A stretch of 64,000 nucleotides of DNA from Azolla caroliniana (Eukaryota > Plantae > Polypodiophyta). The stretch covers positions 1,488,001 through 1,552,000 of the forward strand of contig JBHGNT010000014.1 of the NCBI GenBank assembly GCA_043228905.1, given 5' to 3'. This document shows, in pieces, positions 50,701 to 64,000 of this stretch (position 1 is the stretch's first letter; each line of letters begins with the position of its first letter). The notes below the pieces were generated by a model. The model had not been told where the DNA came from and searched no databases. It worked only from the letters and a program-made list of their open reading frames with translations. Both the position numbers and the translations under genes were made by a program.

Positions 50701-53700
50701 TGAGTGCATTTGGTGCAGGAGACTATTGCCAGATTTGTCACTTTAGAGCAAGTGTCTCCTACTTGTATTTTACAAATAGTGAAAGTGCCTTGGCTGTAAC
50801 AAGGAATCTTGTCTTCCATGCACATTCAAAACAAATTGAAGTATGTTACCAATATGTTACATAGTGGTTCCATGCTAAGTAGATAAACTTGGTCAATGTA
50901 CCAACTCATGAAAAAGTATGCTGCAAGCATTTTTATAAAGACTCTGTTTGGAGAGAAATTTGAATACTTTTGCAAGGAATTGGGCATTTTTCCAATACCT
51001 GGATTGTGATACAGAATGTTCACGTTCACATTTGATTTGTATCCTATGCAAGCTTTTTACTCTGGAACTGGCTAGAGTTTCTTTGCCCATGTGAACACCT
51101 TAGTTAAGTGTTGGCCGTCACACTTCATGATTTCTTGGTTATAATAGCCAACCATCAAATAGGCTTATTACTATTTTAGAACTCATTATTAGAAATAGGC
51201 TTTCCCTACATTCTTGTGTTCTCTAATTAATAATCTTGTTATCTTAATCTACGCTTTCTTTTGCTTAATCTTACTAAATGAGTAGGTTTAAGATTCTTGC
51301 ATTCTCATGAAAAGTGTTGCATGATCCATGTAATCCTTTCGTAATGGAAACAAACTATACAATTAGTGGAATGCACATGAAGTGAGACCCATGGCTTATC
51401 ATCATTCTTTTGTAATGGAAATATTTTGAAATACTCCAAGAATGCACTTGGAAAAGGGTCTCATGATTGTTCTTTATACTTTCACTATGAAAAAGTTTTG
51501 AATATCTAGGAGAATTTTTTACTTTTATTTACATGAAGAATGCTTGATATAGATAGGTATTTTTTGTGAATACAAATTGATGAGAAGTTATTGGTCATCC
51601 CTTTTGCTATTTGCAGCCAATGTGGCCTATGTGATACATATTATATTGCACATGTCAAGAATGCCTGTGCTTTCCTTGGAAATGGGATGTGTAAAGTGGA
51701 GGTATGGTCCTCCAAACTATGTTCCTTTCTAGCTAACTAAGTAGTATGCTCAAGAAGAATACTCATATTAATGCCAAGAATCTTAAAATTAGGTTAGAAG
51801 CTGTGAATATTAGGGTATTGTATAGTCCCAGAAATGTGAACCCTCAAATTGCAGAGTCAAATAAATGATCAATTGATCCCAATTCCTGGAAATTGATGAA
51901 ATCATTTGATTTGTGTGATGACTAATACCTCTTTTAAATATGGATAGTAATATTTTGTGCAAATGGATTCATGGTGTGTGAGTTCATGGGTGAAGAATTC
52001 TTTAGCCAGAAATGGGAAATTGTTCAATTGATTCGTTACTACTAAGAGGGATATATAGATCTTGGGATCCAAGAGACCATGTATTTTCCAGGCCATCCGT
52101 GGATTGCCCATTTGATGTTTTCTATTATATCTTTCCTTTGAAATGTGAAACTCTGTTTCTTCATTGGTCATTTATGTTGCAAAGATGATGTGCGTCAGAA
52201 GAGCTCTTATTACAAAAAACACTTAACATTAGGTACTTATGAATTGTTATTACTTTGTTGATTTTGATCTTGTTCTTCACAGCAAGGTTATCTTTTGAAT
52301 GAAAATACCTTTGAATGGAGCTCTTTGTGTCTATTTTTCCTTTTCTAAGTGGCACCTTAAGTTCCTAATTCTATCTCTCGATTCCCGTTATTCTGAATAA
52401 GTCTAAACTTATAGGCACTTGAACCTGAAGTTCATGGGAGGGGAAGAGATCATAGTTCACTTGATGACCTACATTTTGGTGTCCATGAAGAGATGTTATA
52501 TGCAAAGAGAATTGCTCCTATTGAAGGTAAGAACATGTGAACTGTATGTACATACTTTCTGTTTTGTATATTCCAATATTGTATGATGAAATTCCTATTC
52601 GTCTTCTTTCTTTTCTACCTGAGCATCTATTGTGATAGTGTGATTGGTCATGTAGAGCTAAAAATGGATTTAGCTTATGGCAGAAAGATTGCGTGTGCTG
52701 ATTCACAATTGACATGATATTTCTAGTAACATTGGAAACCATGCATTCTTTTCTGGGACCGAACTATTTCTCTAGCTTATTTTATTCTCTTATATCACAT
52801 TTTTCTTAAGGAATGCGAGGTGTATTTCCACAGATGATTTCATATAGAGTCTCAAATTTCTTTCCTAGGAGCTATAGATGCTCCTTATGCAGAGGCTGGG
52901 CTCGCATTTATGATTCAGTTTCACACTCTTAGCATTTGGATTATCCTAATAAAGATGTCCTCTCTATATAAGTGAACAAATTGCCCTATTTCTGCATTTT
53001 GAAAGCGGACTGCCCAGGTGATATCCATATTCTTTGTCTATATGATATTATCTCTCCAATGTAGCCAATGTGATGCATTCTACCCATGGTTCTGTTGTCA
53101 CTGAGAATTGGTCTAGTATTTGTAGTTAGTATTGACATGAGGTGGTGGGTCTCCTGGTGTGAAAATTTACCTTCTCTTATGACCCTCGAACTGGTAAGAA
53201 TTTTTTTTTTGTGTCCTCATTAAGCTCTTCAAAGTTTAGAATCAAAGTTTGGATTTTCTCAATTACATATATATAGTACCATATCTTTACCTTACAAAAA
53301 CCAGAAACCAGATTCTTTAGTCTCTTTTTATCTTATCTACTTTTATATTTACTTAGTAATATTTATTTTATTTTGACTTTTTCTCAAAGACGAGACAACA
53401 CTTAAGATGTAATCTCTTGTTTGGTCTTATTGGCCATTTTGGCCTCTTAAAAGACGTTAATATACTTGTCTTTCTTTCTTTCTAATGCTTGTCTATATAC
53501 AAAAATAATTTAATGCATGCCTTTTTATTTTCCCTTGTGAACTAGATTAAATAAGATATATGTCATGTGTGAGAGAAGGAGAGTGAGAAAGAGAGAGAGG
53601 GACAATATACTAAAGATAAGAACTTGTATAAAAGAGCGGGGCAAGATTACAGTCATAAGAGTATTCTTAATCAAATGCTAATGTTCTATCCATGCAACTA

Positions 53701-56700
53701 TAATCAACACTTTATATAATAGGAGGGCTTAGTTTATACTACCTTCACTGATTATGAATGAATGGGATATGAAATATCATTTAGATTGAATAAAATAGTT
53801 ATTCTCTTACATATGATAAGACTGTTTACATTCTTATGACAAGGGAGACAGTCTTTAATGCACACATGTGCTCCACCACATGTGTTCTCACACACAATGT
53901 GAATGGTTCAGCTTAATATCTCAACAGGCTCCTTCAAGCTCAACTATGCTGTACCATCATGTTGCTGGGTTCTGTGCCAGTTGTATGCTGCTAAGGTTAT
54001 CACAATAGAGTCGTATTGGGCCATTGGTTGGGGTAGCTTTGAGGATTCACTTGAGCCACACAATTTCAAAAGTGGCAATTGCCGCACCCCTATACTGATT
54101 CTGTGCTCAATAGAGCCAAACTTGGTTGCTTTTTGCTGCTCAAGGATGGAGCCATTTTCCAAGGAGAAGATAAACTTGTTGTTTACTGTTGATTCATCGA
54201 ATACCCAGCCCAATCGGCGTTCGTGTAACCTTTGAGTTGGATTGGAATTTCTTCTTCATAGAAGATGCTGCATTCTGAAAACGTTTGCAAACTGAGTTTT
54301 AAACTTCCATGTAGAGGATATGCAAGTTTTAACAAACTATTTTAATTGAAGCATGACAGAATACTGTTTTATAGAGAGTTTCTATATATGATTTAACTTG
54401 TGCATGTAGAGATCTATATCAAGAGAACTCTTTCCTAAAGAATGCTCACTATATATACTTTGTATCTATGAATGACAGGTGCTCAATGGACTGGTATTGT
54501 CACAAGCATTGCAATTGAGATGCTGAACTCAGATATGGTAGATGCTGTTATTTGTGTTCAAAGGTATAATTTTTTTCCTATTTTTAACTGGAAGCCTTTC
54601 TGACAATGTCAAAAATTCAAGCATGATTGATCTTCACTATTTTTATCACAGTGATCCAGATGATCGGTTCACACCAAGGCCTGTGCTTGCAAAGTGCATT
54701 TCTCTCAAATGCTTTGTCCAAATACTTAATTTCTTCTGAATTCTTTACAAATCCCTAACATAGAAGTTGTTTCATATTGCCTAAGAACGCCAGAAGAAGT
54801 GATAGCAGCCAGAGGAGTGAAACCTACGTTGTCACCGAATCTGAACACTTTAGCTTTGGTGGAGGTAAATGCATGCGTGTTTGTGACAGTTAATTGCTGT
54901 CCCTGTCTATTCTATTTTATTGGGCGTGCTGTGCATTACATTATGTACATGTAATGGTTGCTGAATTAAATTAGTGATTATGTTATTTGATCACCTTTTG
55001 TAATTTCTTTTGTGCATCAATAATGGTTTACATTTCTTCAAATCTGTTATTTTTCTATCTTCATTTACTGGATTATTATTACCATTTATATATTCTGAAG
55101 AACATGAACATTCTCAGGGCGATGTCTGCTTTGTTCTTTTGAATATTGCTATGAAAGAAGATTAACTCAAATTTCATGGTCTTTTCAGGCCTCGGGAGTT
55201 AAGAGGCTTCTATTTATAGGAGTGGGTTGTCAAGTTCAAGGTGGAGATAAGTCAAGATTCCTTTTCTTTGCATGTTTTCAGTTTCATAATCATAAGTATC
55301 CTGCTCATCGTTATTGTTCAATTACTTCAACTTCTTTGTGATCCTCAGCTGTTTCATCCATGGCTCTCTTTACCAAACACATTTTTGCTAGCTAATATAA
55401 GCATTACACGTGTTACTTTCTGATTGCACTGGTATACGTTATGGTTTCTATTTTTACATGTTATAGCTTGTTCTTGATGAGCCCTCGATAAAGTATTGAA
55501 TTCCAATTTTTTCCTCTCGATTTTGCTTAATTTGACTCAAAGCTGGAATAGTTCCATTTCTTCCTGTAAGTTTTGTGTGCAATTAGTGCAACTTTTCTGG
55601 TTCTGATATTCTTTGATAATGGTTGTTCATTCTTCTGCCGCGTATGAGATCTTAATTAGGCCTTAAAAGTGACAAAGCATTTGTCCTTCTTAAAAGGAAT
55701 GACTCATCTGTGTGGGGAACAACCCCCTTTCACATTTCTACAGAATTTCAAGAGTGTTTTAAGGGAATTCAATTCCCATCCAGTCTTTAATTGGCGTAAC
55801 TTGAGTACAGGTTGCAGAGACTAGCTGAACTTCTAAACTAGAGGGCAACATATTGCCCTACAGCTGAAGGCCTCCATTTTATTATTTATTGGCAAGAAAT
55901 GCAACCCATCTTTGTCTTTGAGTCCTTGATTGCCACCTTAGATAGCGTGTGCTCATGAGTCTTCGATTGCTAATGGATCATAGATGGGTGCTGGCTGCTC
56001 ATCCATAATTTAGGTATGTTTAAGACTTCTTTGGCTTGGTGCGTAAGGATTTTGATTGTTCAGCTTGTCAGATTATAGTTATCTGTTTATCTGCATGTTA
56101 TTGATTAGCCTTCCATGTTGTTTCTTGGAATGTAAATGGCCTGCCATGGATGGGTGTGACGGATCCTTCCCAGATACTTCTCTGTGAGGATGTACTGAAT
56201 ATATGAATTTTGTAAATTCTCATCTGTTAAATTACATACCACTATTGGTTCGATGTCCAATGTGGGACATATGTATTTGACCAGGTATCTGATATCTTGG
56301 TTCTTTGAGGTGTTGTGATACCTTGGTAAACACTCTGTGATCTCTTATATCCCTGTGTCACGGATAGTTTTTTGTGTCAGGTTGTAGAGTAAGTGGCTTG
56401 AGGGCACAGAACCCTCTAATTCTTTGAGTTGACTCTTTTTTTATCTACATTTATGTGCCTAATGACTGCGATAGAAGTTTCAATCTATTCTCATGCTTCT
56501 TTTCACTCTGATTTGCAGCCTTGAGATCCGTGGAAAAATATTTGGGGCTTGAAAAACTTTATATTCTTGGGACAAATTGTGGTGAGTATCCACTGTATAT
56601 TATAACCATGCTTCATTTTTTAAACGATTTGTATCATGAGGAAATGATTTTTTTGTGGCATGGTAGTGGACAATGGTCCTAGACAGGGGCTAGATAAATT

Positions 56701-59700
56701 TTTGAAGGTAGCAAGTGATGATCCAGATACGGTTCTACATTATGAATTTATGCAGGATTATAAGGTAATACTTTTGGCATTTTCAGACATATCTTCTTAA
56801 GCTTCATGATGAATGCTTCTCTAATCTGTCATATGTCAAATACAGGTCCAGTTTAAACATTTAGATGGACGTATTGAGGAGGTATTTTCTTTCGTTCATT
56901 TGAACTGTTAAACGTTTTTAGAAAGGCTGTAAAGTTAATGAATTTATCAGACTTAAAATTGTTGCTGCCAGGTACCTTATTTTTGCTTACCTGCAGAAAA
57001 ATTAACTGATGTCATAGCGCCATCATGCTACAGGTGATTATCTTTGTTATTTACGTGGACCAATGTTTTTTGACCTAAAATGTTATTGCTCATAGGTTCC
57101 CCCCTTCTTTTTTGTGTAGGAATTTTAAAATGTTGCAACTCATTAGGCTGGGGAAATGTAAATATATACCTTGGGTCATTATTTACATCGATTTCCCTTA
57201 GATTCCCTTCTTGGACACTGACTACTTATAAGGCCTAGGAAAAATATCAAGTATGATATTGTTCATAGGTAACTGATTGCAAATGCTTCCGTCGGCATAA
57301 TATATTCAAAGTCAGTGTAGTATTTTATATGTTCTAGTGTTTTTATCTTTGAAAATAATGGAATTGGTTCAGTTGTGGAGGACATGCTACAATCACATTG
57401 GCATCATAAGATGTCAAGGCAATTTTTGAAATGAACAACTGATACTCTGAGATTGTTCCAGCTATTGTTGTAGGGTTGAATCATAATTGTCTTCAGAGAT
57501 CTCTTGAACATTATACTATTAGTGTTCTTATCTGCTCTATGAAATATGATTTGATAATATTGAATCTCATTCCCTTATTTGTATTCTTGTAACCGTTCTT
57601 GATATTTGATATTGTTTGTTTGCAGCTGCTTTGACTACACAAATGGGTTGGCAGTAAGTTTGCAACTACACTCTGTTTTTCTTATTAAAAATATTCTGCC
57701 CTAAAGGCATAGTGTAGTTTACAAATGGATTCCCAGTACCCAGCTTGCCACCAGACTTTGATGCTGGTTCCAATTCAGAAGCCCTAACTTTCTGAGAAAT
57801 CATGCTTCTCTCTCTAATGAATTCATCCATATTTGTAATCTTGATTTGTCTCAGAGGCCGATTTTGGCCTCTAGTAAATGTTTGTATATCTTTCTTTCTT
57901 ACTCCAATTTGGATTGACCTATGCTAGTGATCTTTTGAAGACAATAATTACAGCCTATCTGACTTGAGAATCTTACATGTATAGATGACAGGATGCTTTA
58001 ATCACATTTATTTTATTTACTTTTTTACTTAGGTATATTTATTTTGGTTTGCTGTTTTCAAAGAGGAGACAACATTTTAAGGGTTTTGCCATTTTGGCCT
58101 TTAAAAGACATTAATATATCTTTCTTTCTTTCTATTGGTAAACTAAAGTTAACAAGGATTTAGCTTCTACGACATGGCCTGTAAATTTTGGCAGTTTCAA
58201 AGTTTCATCGTTTGCCTATAAAAAAAGATCAGTAAGTTTAATCTTTTGTAAAGGACATACTTGGAAACAGAAGAGATAGATAGCTAGAGGAAATATATCC
58301 GACCTAGAGATTTTAGGGACATTCAGGCATGTTCTTTGAGCACAGTCATGAACAAAGTCTGTTACATTACTTGTGGCATGTACACCTTCAGCTGCCGCTG
58401 TACATCTGTTTGACTTGGCATACCAGAATCAGGTCACGAAGAGGTTCCAATTATAAGTCTAGTATGCAAAAAAGAAGTTGCAGATAGATTGCTTCTTTTG
58501 CAGGCTTTCAGGATTATGACATGCATATTTGTTAAGAATGTTTTTTCCCTAGAGGCATTGTAGAGAATCATAAGTTTGTGTTCATTTTATTGCAATAAAT
58601 AAAGACAGATACATCATAGCAAATGCATTATCTCTTAACAACTGCCATAAGGATGTGTTACTTACCCCTGTCATAAACAAAGTAAGACAGACATCATGCA
58701 TTGCATTATCTCTTAACAATTGCATACCCTTTCTATAGATGATTGGTATAAACCTTTGTGAGCTTGTGGTCTCATAGGTAATACTGGCAGCATTCGTCCA
58801 TCGGTCATTTTGACGTTTTGATAATATTAAGAGACAACACTTACGATGTAATCTCTTATTTGGTCTTATAGGCCATTTTGGCCTCTTAAAAGACGTTAAT
58901 ATATCTTTCTTTCTTTATCCAAGTAGGAACTCCTATAAATTGCTACTCTCAACTGTGGGAGAGCAAGAATGAGAAATAAAATGTATTATGCAAGAGAGAT
59001 GAACATCTGGACAGCCTTGGCCTCCATGCAGTAATGAGCTAGATAGGTGCATGTTAGAGGACTGAGTGCAATATAATGGGAGTTATGGTTGAAGATTTTC
59101 CCTTGAGAAGTTGACAGGTTACTGCATTTTGTACATAGTATTGAGCCATCTAAGAAAGTCTGTTGATTTGATTAGAATCTGGCTTCTGTAATACAGTGTG
59201 GTTTTGTATTTTTTGTATTAATGTATCAAGAATGCATGTCCTGACATTGATGATACCAAAAGATATTTCGGTGCACTCTCGTTTTTGTATTCTGATGTCT
59301 ATAAATCCATGCTTTGGTTATTAGAGATTTTTTTGAAGCAGTACATGATTATGTTAATCATGTTTCTCTCTAGGATCTTGTGGTTGGCTACATGGGAGTG
59401 CCAAAATATGAAGGTGTAAGCATGAATCAACACCCACAATACATCACAGTAAGGTAGTCGGACTAGAAAAGCTGTATGTAATTTCCTTGATAGTAATTTC
59501 ACTAATTACTGGATTCAATAACTGCAGGAATGAGCGAGGAAGAGAAATGCTTAATGTTATAAAATCTCTGCTGGAGATTACTCCTACTATTAGTAAAGTT
59601 GGGTTTTCCTTAGTTCTGTGAAATTTTAGTTATCCCAAACACTTCCTATTAATTCCAATGTGTCTGATTACACGGGCTTAGTTTTGCAGGGTAATAGGAA

Positions 59701-60842
59701 ACCTTTTGTCATGGAGACTGTAAAAGCTGATGATAATGCAAAATTTGGTGAGAAATTGCTTTTCTGCTTTCTTTGTGTATAGTAAAATTGATGAACTATT
59801 GATCAATCTATAACTTTAAATGTGGTATATTTATGTAGGAGATGGAAATCAGAAACCTGCCCCTAGATTTATTGGGGATTTGATAGCGTTTATTCTCAAC
59901 CTGGTAAGATGAACCCCCCTGCTCCCACCCCTGTTCCCCCCCCCCACCCTTTTGTTATTAAATGGAAATAAATAGATAAACAAAATAAAAGCCAAATTAC
60001 AAATCCCAAATTGGGACCTTTAGCAGAAGCAACCGATCTGTTTGAATTGCAAAATGATAGTGTAATGCAAGCAACACAAAGTTACGCAAAAGTTAACTTG
60101 CAATTTGGTTCAGCTATACCACAACAATCTTCACACCAATATTCTCTGCCACCACATGAAGATGTGGATTTTCACTTGTTTAAATTAATTTGGCATGGTT
60201 AACATTGCTATTACCTATATTAAAACTTCACCTAGTAAAATTGGCAGAAGAAACATCCTCTCTTACATGATAGTTAGTGTGCCAGGGTTCATCTTTATGA
60301 GTAAGCTTTGCCTGTTAAGAATGCTGTAAGGTTCCCAGAATCATAACCGAATGTGTTGTATATCACATGATACATGCATTGCTTGTCGGAACTTCTTTAT
60401 ATATCATGATCTGAAGGGCAAAACAGAAACATGGCATAGGAAAAAAAATGTGGTTTTTACATCTTTTAACCTGCCTGATGGTTAACCATATTGTGTTCCA
60501 ATGGGAAGTTATTATTTGCACTACTGAACTTGAGTGCATACCTAATCTTACCTCTGGCGTTCATCATAGGTTGGACCAAAAGGCCTTGAATTCGGCCGAT
60601 ATTCTCTGGACTATCACAGCATCCGCAATTATCTGCATGTCCACAGGAATTGGGGTGAAAAAAGGTCAGGATTTGAAGCCACAGCTACTTATAACTCTAA
60701 TCTTTCATGACCAGTGCTTACTGACTGTTTCATTCTGTATGTAAGCAGGGCAGTGGAACATATACCATCATATGCAAAAAAACTTATTTCCATGTACAAC
60801 CAGAATGGAGAAATTGATAAGCTTTTGTCTAGGCGGAAGTAA
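38741..60842 (+). CDS. HCAR: 7-hydroxymethyl chlorophyll a reductase, chloroplastic (F420-hydrogenase beta-subunit family); 19 exons, ~461 aa
   Basis: Exons: 38741-38846, 38961-39036, 51617-51701, 52415-52526, 54479-54563, 54652-54693, 54786-54864, 55189-55240, 56519-56581, 56667-56764, 56846-56881, 56972-57033, 57626-57653, 59374-59453, 59528-59597, 59690-59747, 59839-59903, 60570-60664, 60749-60842 (1386 nt, open frame). A Ser/Arg-rich transit peptide precedes [57 protein letters not shown] and VGPKGLEF, matching plant HCAR as recalled. Confidence 0.95.
42175..47566 (-). mobile_element. Copia-D: very young full-length Ty1/Copia
   Basis: 456-bp LTRs 42175-42630 and 47111-47566 are identical by eye. 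PBS TGGTATCAGAGC at 47099-47110 (minus). PPT GAGAGGAGG at 42631-42639 (minus). TSD AACCT/AACCC. Confidence 0.97.
42638..46879 (-). pseudogene. Copia-D gag-pol polyprotein, one in-frame stop at 44051-44053
   Basis: The 942-aa and 466-aa ORFs are in the same frame, separated by TGA (PPH*QVIGLKW). Motifs [27 protein letters not shown] and DADWAG. Confidence 0.93.
50620..50990 (+). mobile_element. Old Copia RNase H remnant in HCAR intron 2
   Basis: Translates with frameshifts to [16 protein letters not shown]...[18 protein letters not shown]. Confidence 0.7.
53388..58915 (+). repeat. Dispersed ~70-95-bp intronic repeat ending in (TTTC)n; copies at ~53388-53483, ~58062-58133, ~58829-58915 and a weaker one at ~57856-57900
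   Basis: Shared GAGACAACA...GCCATTTTGGCCT(C)TTAAAAGAC(G/A)TTAATATA followed by TCTTTCTTT. Confidence 0.75.
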
Positions 60843-63693
60843 TTAACAAGAAGGTACTGAAAGAGGGGGCAAGTACTATTTGCAGCACATAATTTTGTTA
60901 TCCAGAACAATCTGATCTCACATGAACCTTGTGCTTAATAGCTTTTGCATAACAGATGTTATGGTATCTTTTATGTCACATAGTCATCAAATGGATCTAC
61001 CAATTTTTTATTTAACTTGGAATGAGGTTATGTTTATTGTTTATGTAGCCTTGCTCTATCTCCATCCAAACTAATCTCATTTATCATTTCAATGTATAAA
61101 ACAATTGCCACAGAATCTTTCAATGGAGCTGACTCCAATTTATTATTTGCTTGAGAGGAATTGAAACTAATGTTATCCTCCAGTTCACTACATATTGTGA
61201 ATTTGTATCACTTGTTATTTATTTGAATCAATTCACTCCAAAATGTGATATAAGAAACACATTGCTAATAATGTTAGCATTTCACTTTGGCATGTGTGCC
61301 ACGGATGGCTATGCATGGATTTCATAAAAAGGTAATATTGCATCTGACAGAATTTCTTGATTCCTTACATATATGCCCACTGAAATAGCAATGCATAGTG
61401 TTGGTCACAAATTGGTTAATTCTACATATGGATTGTCCAGTGATATCATTTATAAGTGTCATCATTTTACTCCTGTTTATCAATTTGCCCATGATTGAAA
61501 ACATTGGGGTCTCACTTACCTAGTAACAGAATGGAGAGCAAATCTCTGGAGACTAAACCATACAACTCAAACCAAGAGGTCGTTTGTACGTGCAAAGCAT
61601 TTCCCTACGTGCAGAATTATTATAAAGATTCAAGAGCCAACTGTCCATATGTATGTTGAGAAAGTACAATGTGGATTCAAAAGCGTCCACAACCGTTGGT
61701 TGAATTGGACTCTCAACTCTAATCATTGATCTCACGCGATGCCTACGTGCAAGCCAATTGTGATGTATATCATGGATATGAGTGGTCTCTTCATCACTCT
61801 TTAAGCATCACAGCTATGCCCATAAGCTGAATTTCTACTCAGACAGCAAAGGTGCCTACAATGTCAAAGGCCCATAACTAAGAGAGAGATTTTATTTCTG
61901 TCCTTGGAGGTCAAGTTTGCCGTGCCCCTATGAGATGGAATTTGTTGGTTATTTGATAGGGGCATCAATGCTTTTTAGGTAGGGAGAGGTTTCACCTTGT
62001 GATTCACATTTAGTATTAGCGATGGCATTTCATACTATCAATATCCAATTAAATAATATGTAGTTACCAGTTTTATGGGTCTAGGCATGAAAAGTAATGC
62101 CAATAATGTGTGAAGGGTGTTAAGATGGATCTATAGGAATCTCTTCTTGTATCCTACAAATATTGACATGATGCAATGGTTTAATAAAATAGTCAGATTG
62201 AGGTTATGAATAACTAATTGCATTGGTAGATATCACATTGTTTTTATATAATATTTGATCAAGCAAATAATTCAATGATTTATCACGTCATTAATGTTCT
62301 TTTGCAAACACTTTTTAGTGCCCATGGAAATATGCTTATTATTACGCAACTATAGCCAAGAAGATAAATCAAAAAGAATGTCAAGGAGCAACGGATGGTC
62401 TATGAAGTCATTGTAGTTAGGGATATACCCCCCACAGTGCGCACGTTATATTTTCAATATTTCAATGACGAGGAGGTTCAACAAATTTGATAGCTTCTTA
62501 GGAATAAATTAGCAACAAACTGTTGGGTATAAAAAGGCATTAGAAATTGATAACAAGATGTGGATTACAGAGGAAAAGATGAGAAATGAAATCTTCCTTG
62601 ATTATGAGGATATGGTAGAGGACCATTGTGAATTGGCAATGAAGTGTTGGGGATGTGTGCTTCTATTTTTACATTGGTGGAAACAAAAAAAGGGGGTTAA
62701 ACAAATCGCAAATTTCCCAATCATGAGGATCCAAATGTGCATGTTATAATTTTGCCCCTAACTCTTTAGATTCGGGTTGGTTCCTCGACAACCTATTCAT
62801 GACATTGTGGCCTGATCATTGCTTATATAACTAGAAACCTTGTTATGAATTGACATTGCTAAGTATCAAGCAAGCTCCCTTACATTTACACATACAACAT
62901 ATTTGCATCAAGGCATCACACTAATGTTGATATTCAACCTCCTTTAGTGTCTTCTTTCTCATTTGAATCTCTTACTTCAAAAATTTGCACCCGATATCGC
63001 CTATTAACCATGCTCTATTTGTAGCAAATACCCCTTTTTCGAAGACATATAATGTTATTTTATACATATCATTAACAAATCATGACATCAACCACGCTCT
63101 ATATGTAGCGAAGACCCCTTTTTCGAAGACAACTCTCATCTTTTACGTATCATGCTATAGTTTGTCTTTTCAAAGAGTCAGGAGCATCCTCAACCTAACA
63201 AAGACCCACCTTGTCTCCCATCTCATGCATGATGCTACATAATTCATAACTTTTCAAAGAGTGCTTGATAAGCATCCTAAAGGTAGATAAGGGTTTGTTC
63301 AATAGTTCTCTTTATCACGACCGATGCAATGTAGAGACAACAATGCTCTCTTCCTCATCCACCAAAGTGAGATCCGGAAAACATAACAACTTGGGTTTAC
63401 CAATAGCATCTACAGATGTTTGTGCTTGTGTGAAACATACTATGTTATGATACCCCTAACAGAGCATACCATGAGACTTGCATGCATCAATGTGACGATT
63501 TTGAATTGCCGCCCAGTGAGAGAGTAATGAAACAGAGAGTAGTTCGTCCAGATACCGATGATGCCCATACATATAAAACTGCCCACGTTAGCGAGTGGTT
63601 CCCATCTGATGTATTCCCCCCATGAAACTTCATCATGACCAACGATTGATTTCTTGGCTCGGGTAGGCATGGAGTTGGGCCCCACGCCTTCTC

Positions 63694-63892
63694 ATGAGCC
63701 AATGATCTAGTGCCACATCAGCATCAACATGAGCACTCCGATTTGAGCCCCGCATATCTTCTTATAAGCCAATGACCTTGTGCCACATCAGCATCAATAT
63801 CAGCACATGGTATTGGGCCCCACATATTCTTATGAGCCAATGAACTCATGCCACATCAGCATCAATGTCAGCACATGAGGCATGCCACATCG
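63694..63892 (+). repeat. ~70-bp degenerate tandem repeat (3 copies)
   Basis: (G/A)AGCCAATGA...TGCCACATCAGCATCAA recurs three times. Confidence 0.8.
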
Positions 63893-63916
63893 TCATGATG
63901 ATGTCACATGAGAGTG

Positions 63917-63918
<2 letters not shown>

Positions 63919-63959
<41 letters not shown>
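63919..63959 (+). repeat. (GA)n microsatellite
   Basis: About 20 GA units read directly. Confidence 0.95.
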
Positions 63960-63964
<5 letters not shown>

Positions 63965-64000
63965 CTCTCTGGTTATTGCTTTTAGCTCTGTAGTAAAAGA

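Noticed and set aside
53903-54235. Coding-looking island in HCAR intron 4
   Set aside because: It is not needed for the HCAR frame and no domain is recognised. BLASTX would decide.
61553-63690. Short ORFs downstream of HCAR, possibly exons or DNA-transposon remnants
   Set aside because: I could not support any motif or consistent splice chain.

Overview
Land-plant nuclear DNA (TE families and gene structure suggest a seed-free plant such as a fern, but this cannot be fixed from the sequence). Positions 1-38 kb are a deep nest of decayed LTR retrotransposons: two related non-chromoviral Ty3/Gypsy elements (one complete, 23281-32691), three Ty1/Copia elements, TGTCG...CGACA-type LTRs carrying hairpin tandem arrays, a tandemly amplified RNase H segment, and a three-LTR non-coding element. 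Positions 38741-60842 hold an intact 19-exon gene for chloroplast 7-hydroxymethyl chlorophyll a reductase (HCAR, about 461 aa). Its 12.6-kb GC-AG intron 2 contains a LINE split by a very young Copia. The most notable observation is that two LTR families lack a polypurine tract next to the 3' LTR. In its place they share a structured, CCA-ending inverted copy of their primer-binding site (GTCCCA..GCGTGCCA-NN-TGTT, three instances), which suggests a non-canonical priming mechanism. All alignments, counts and folds were done by eye.
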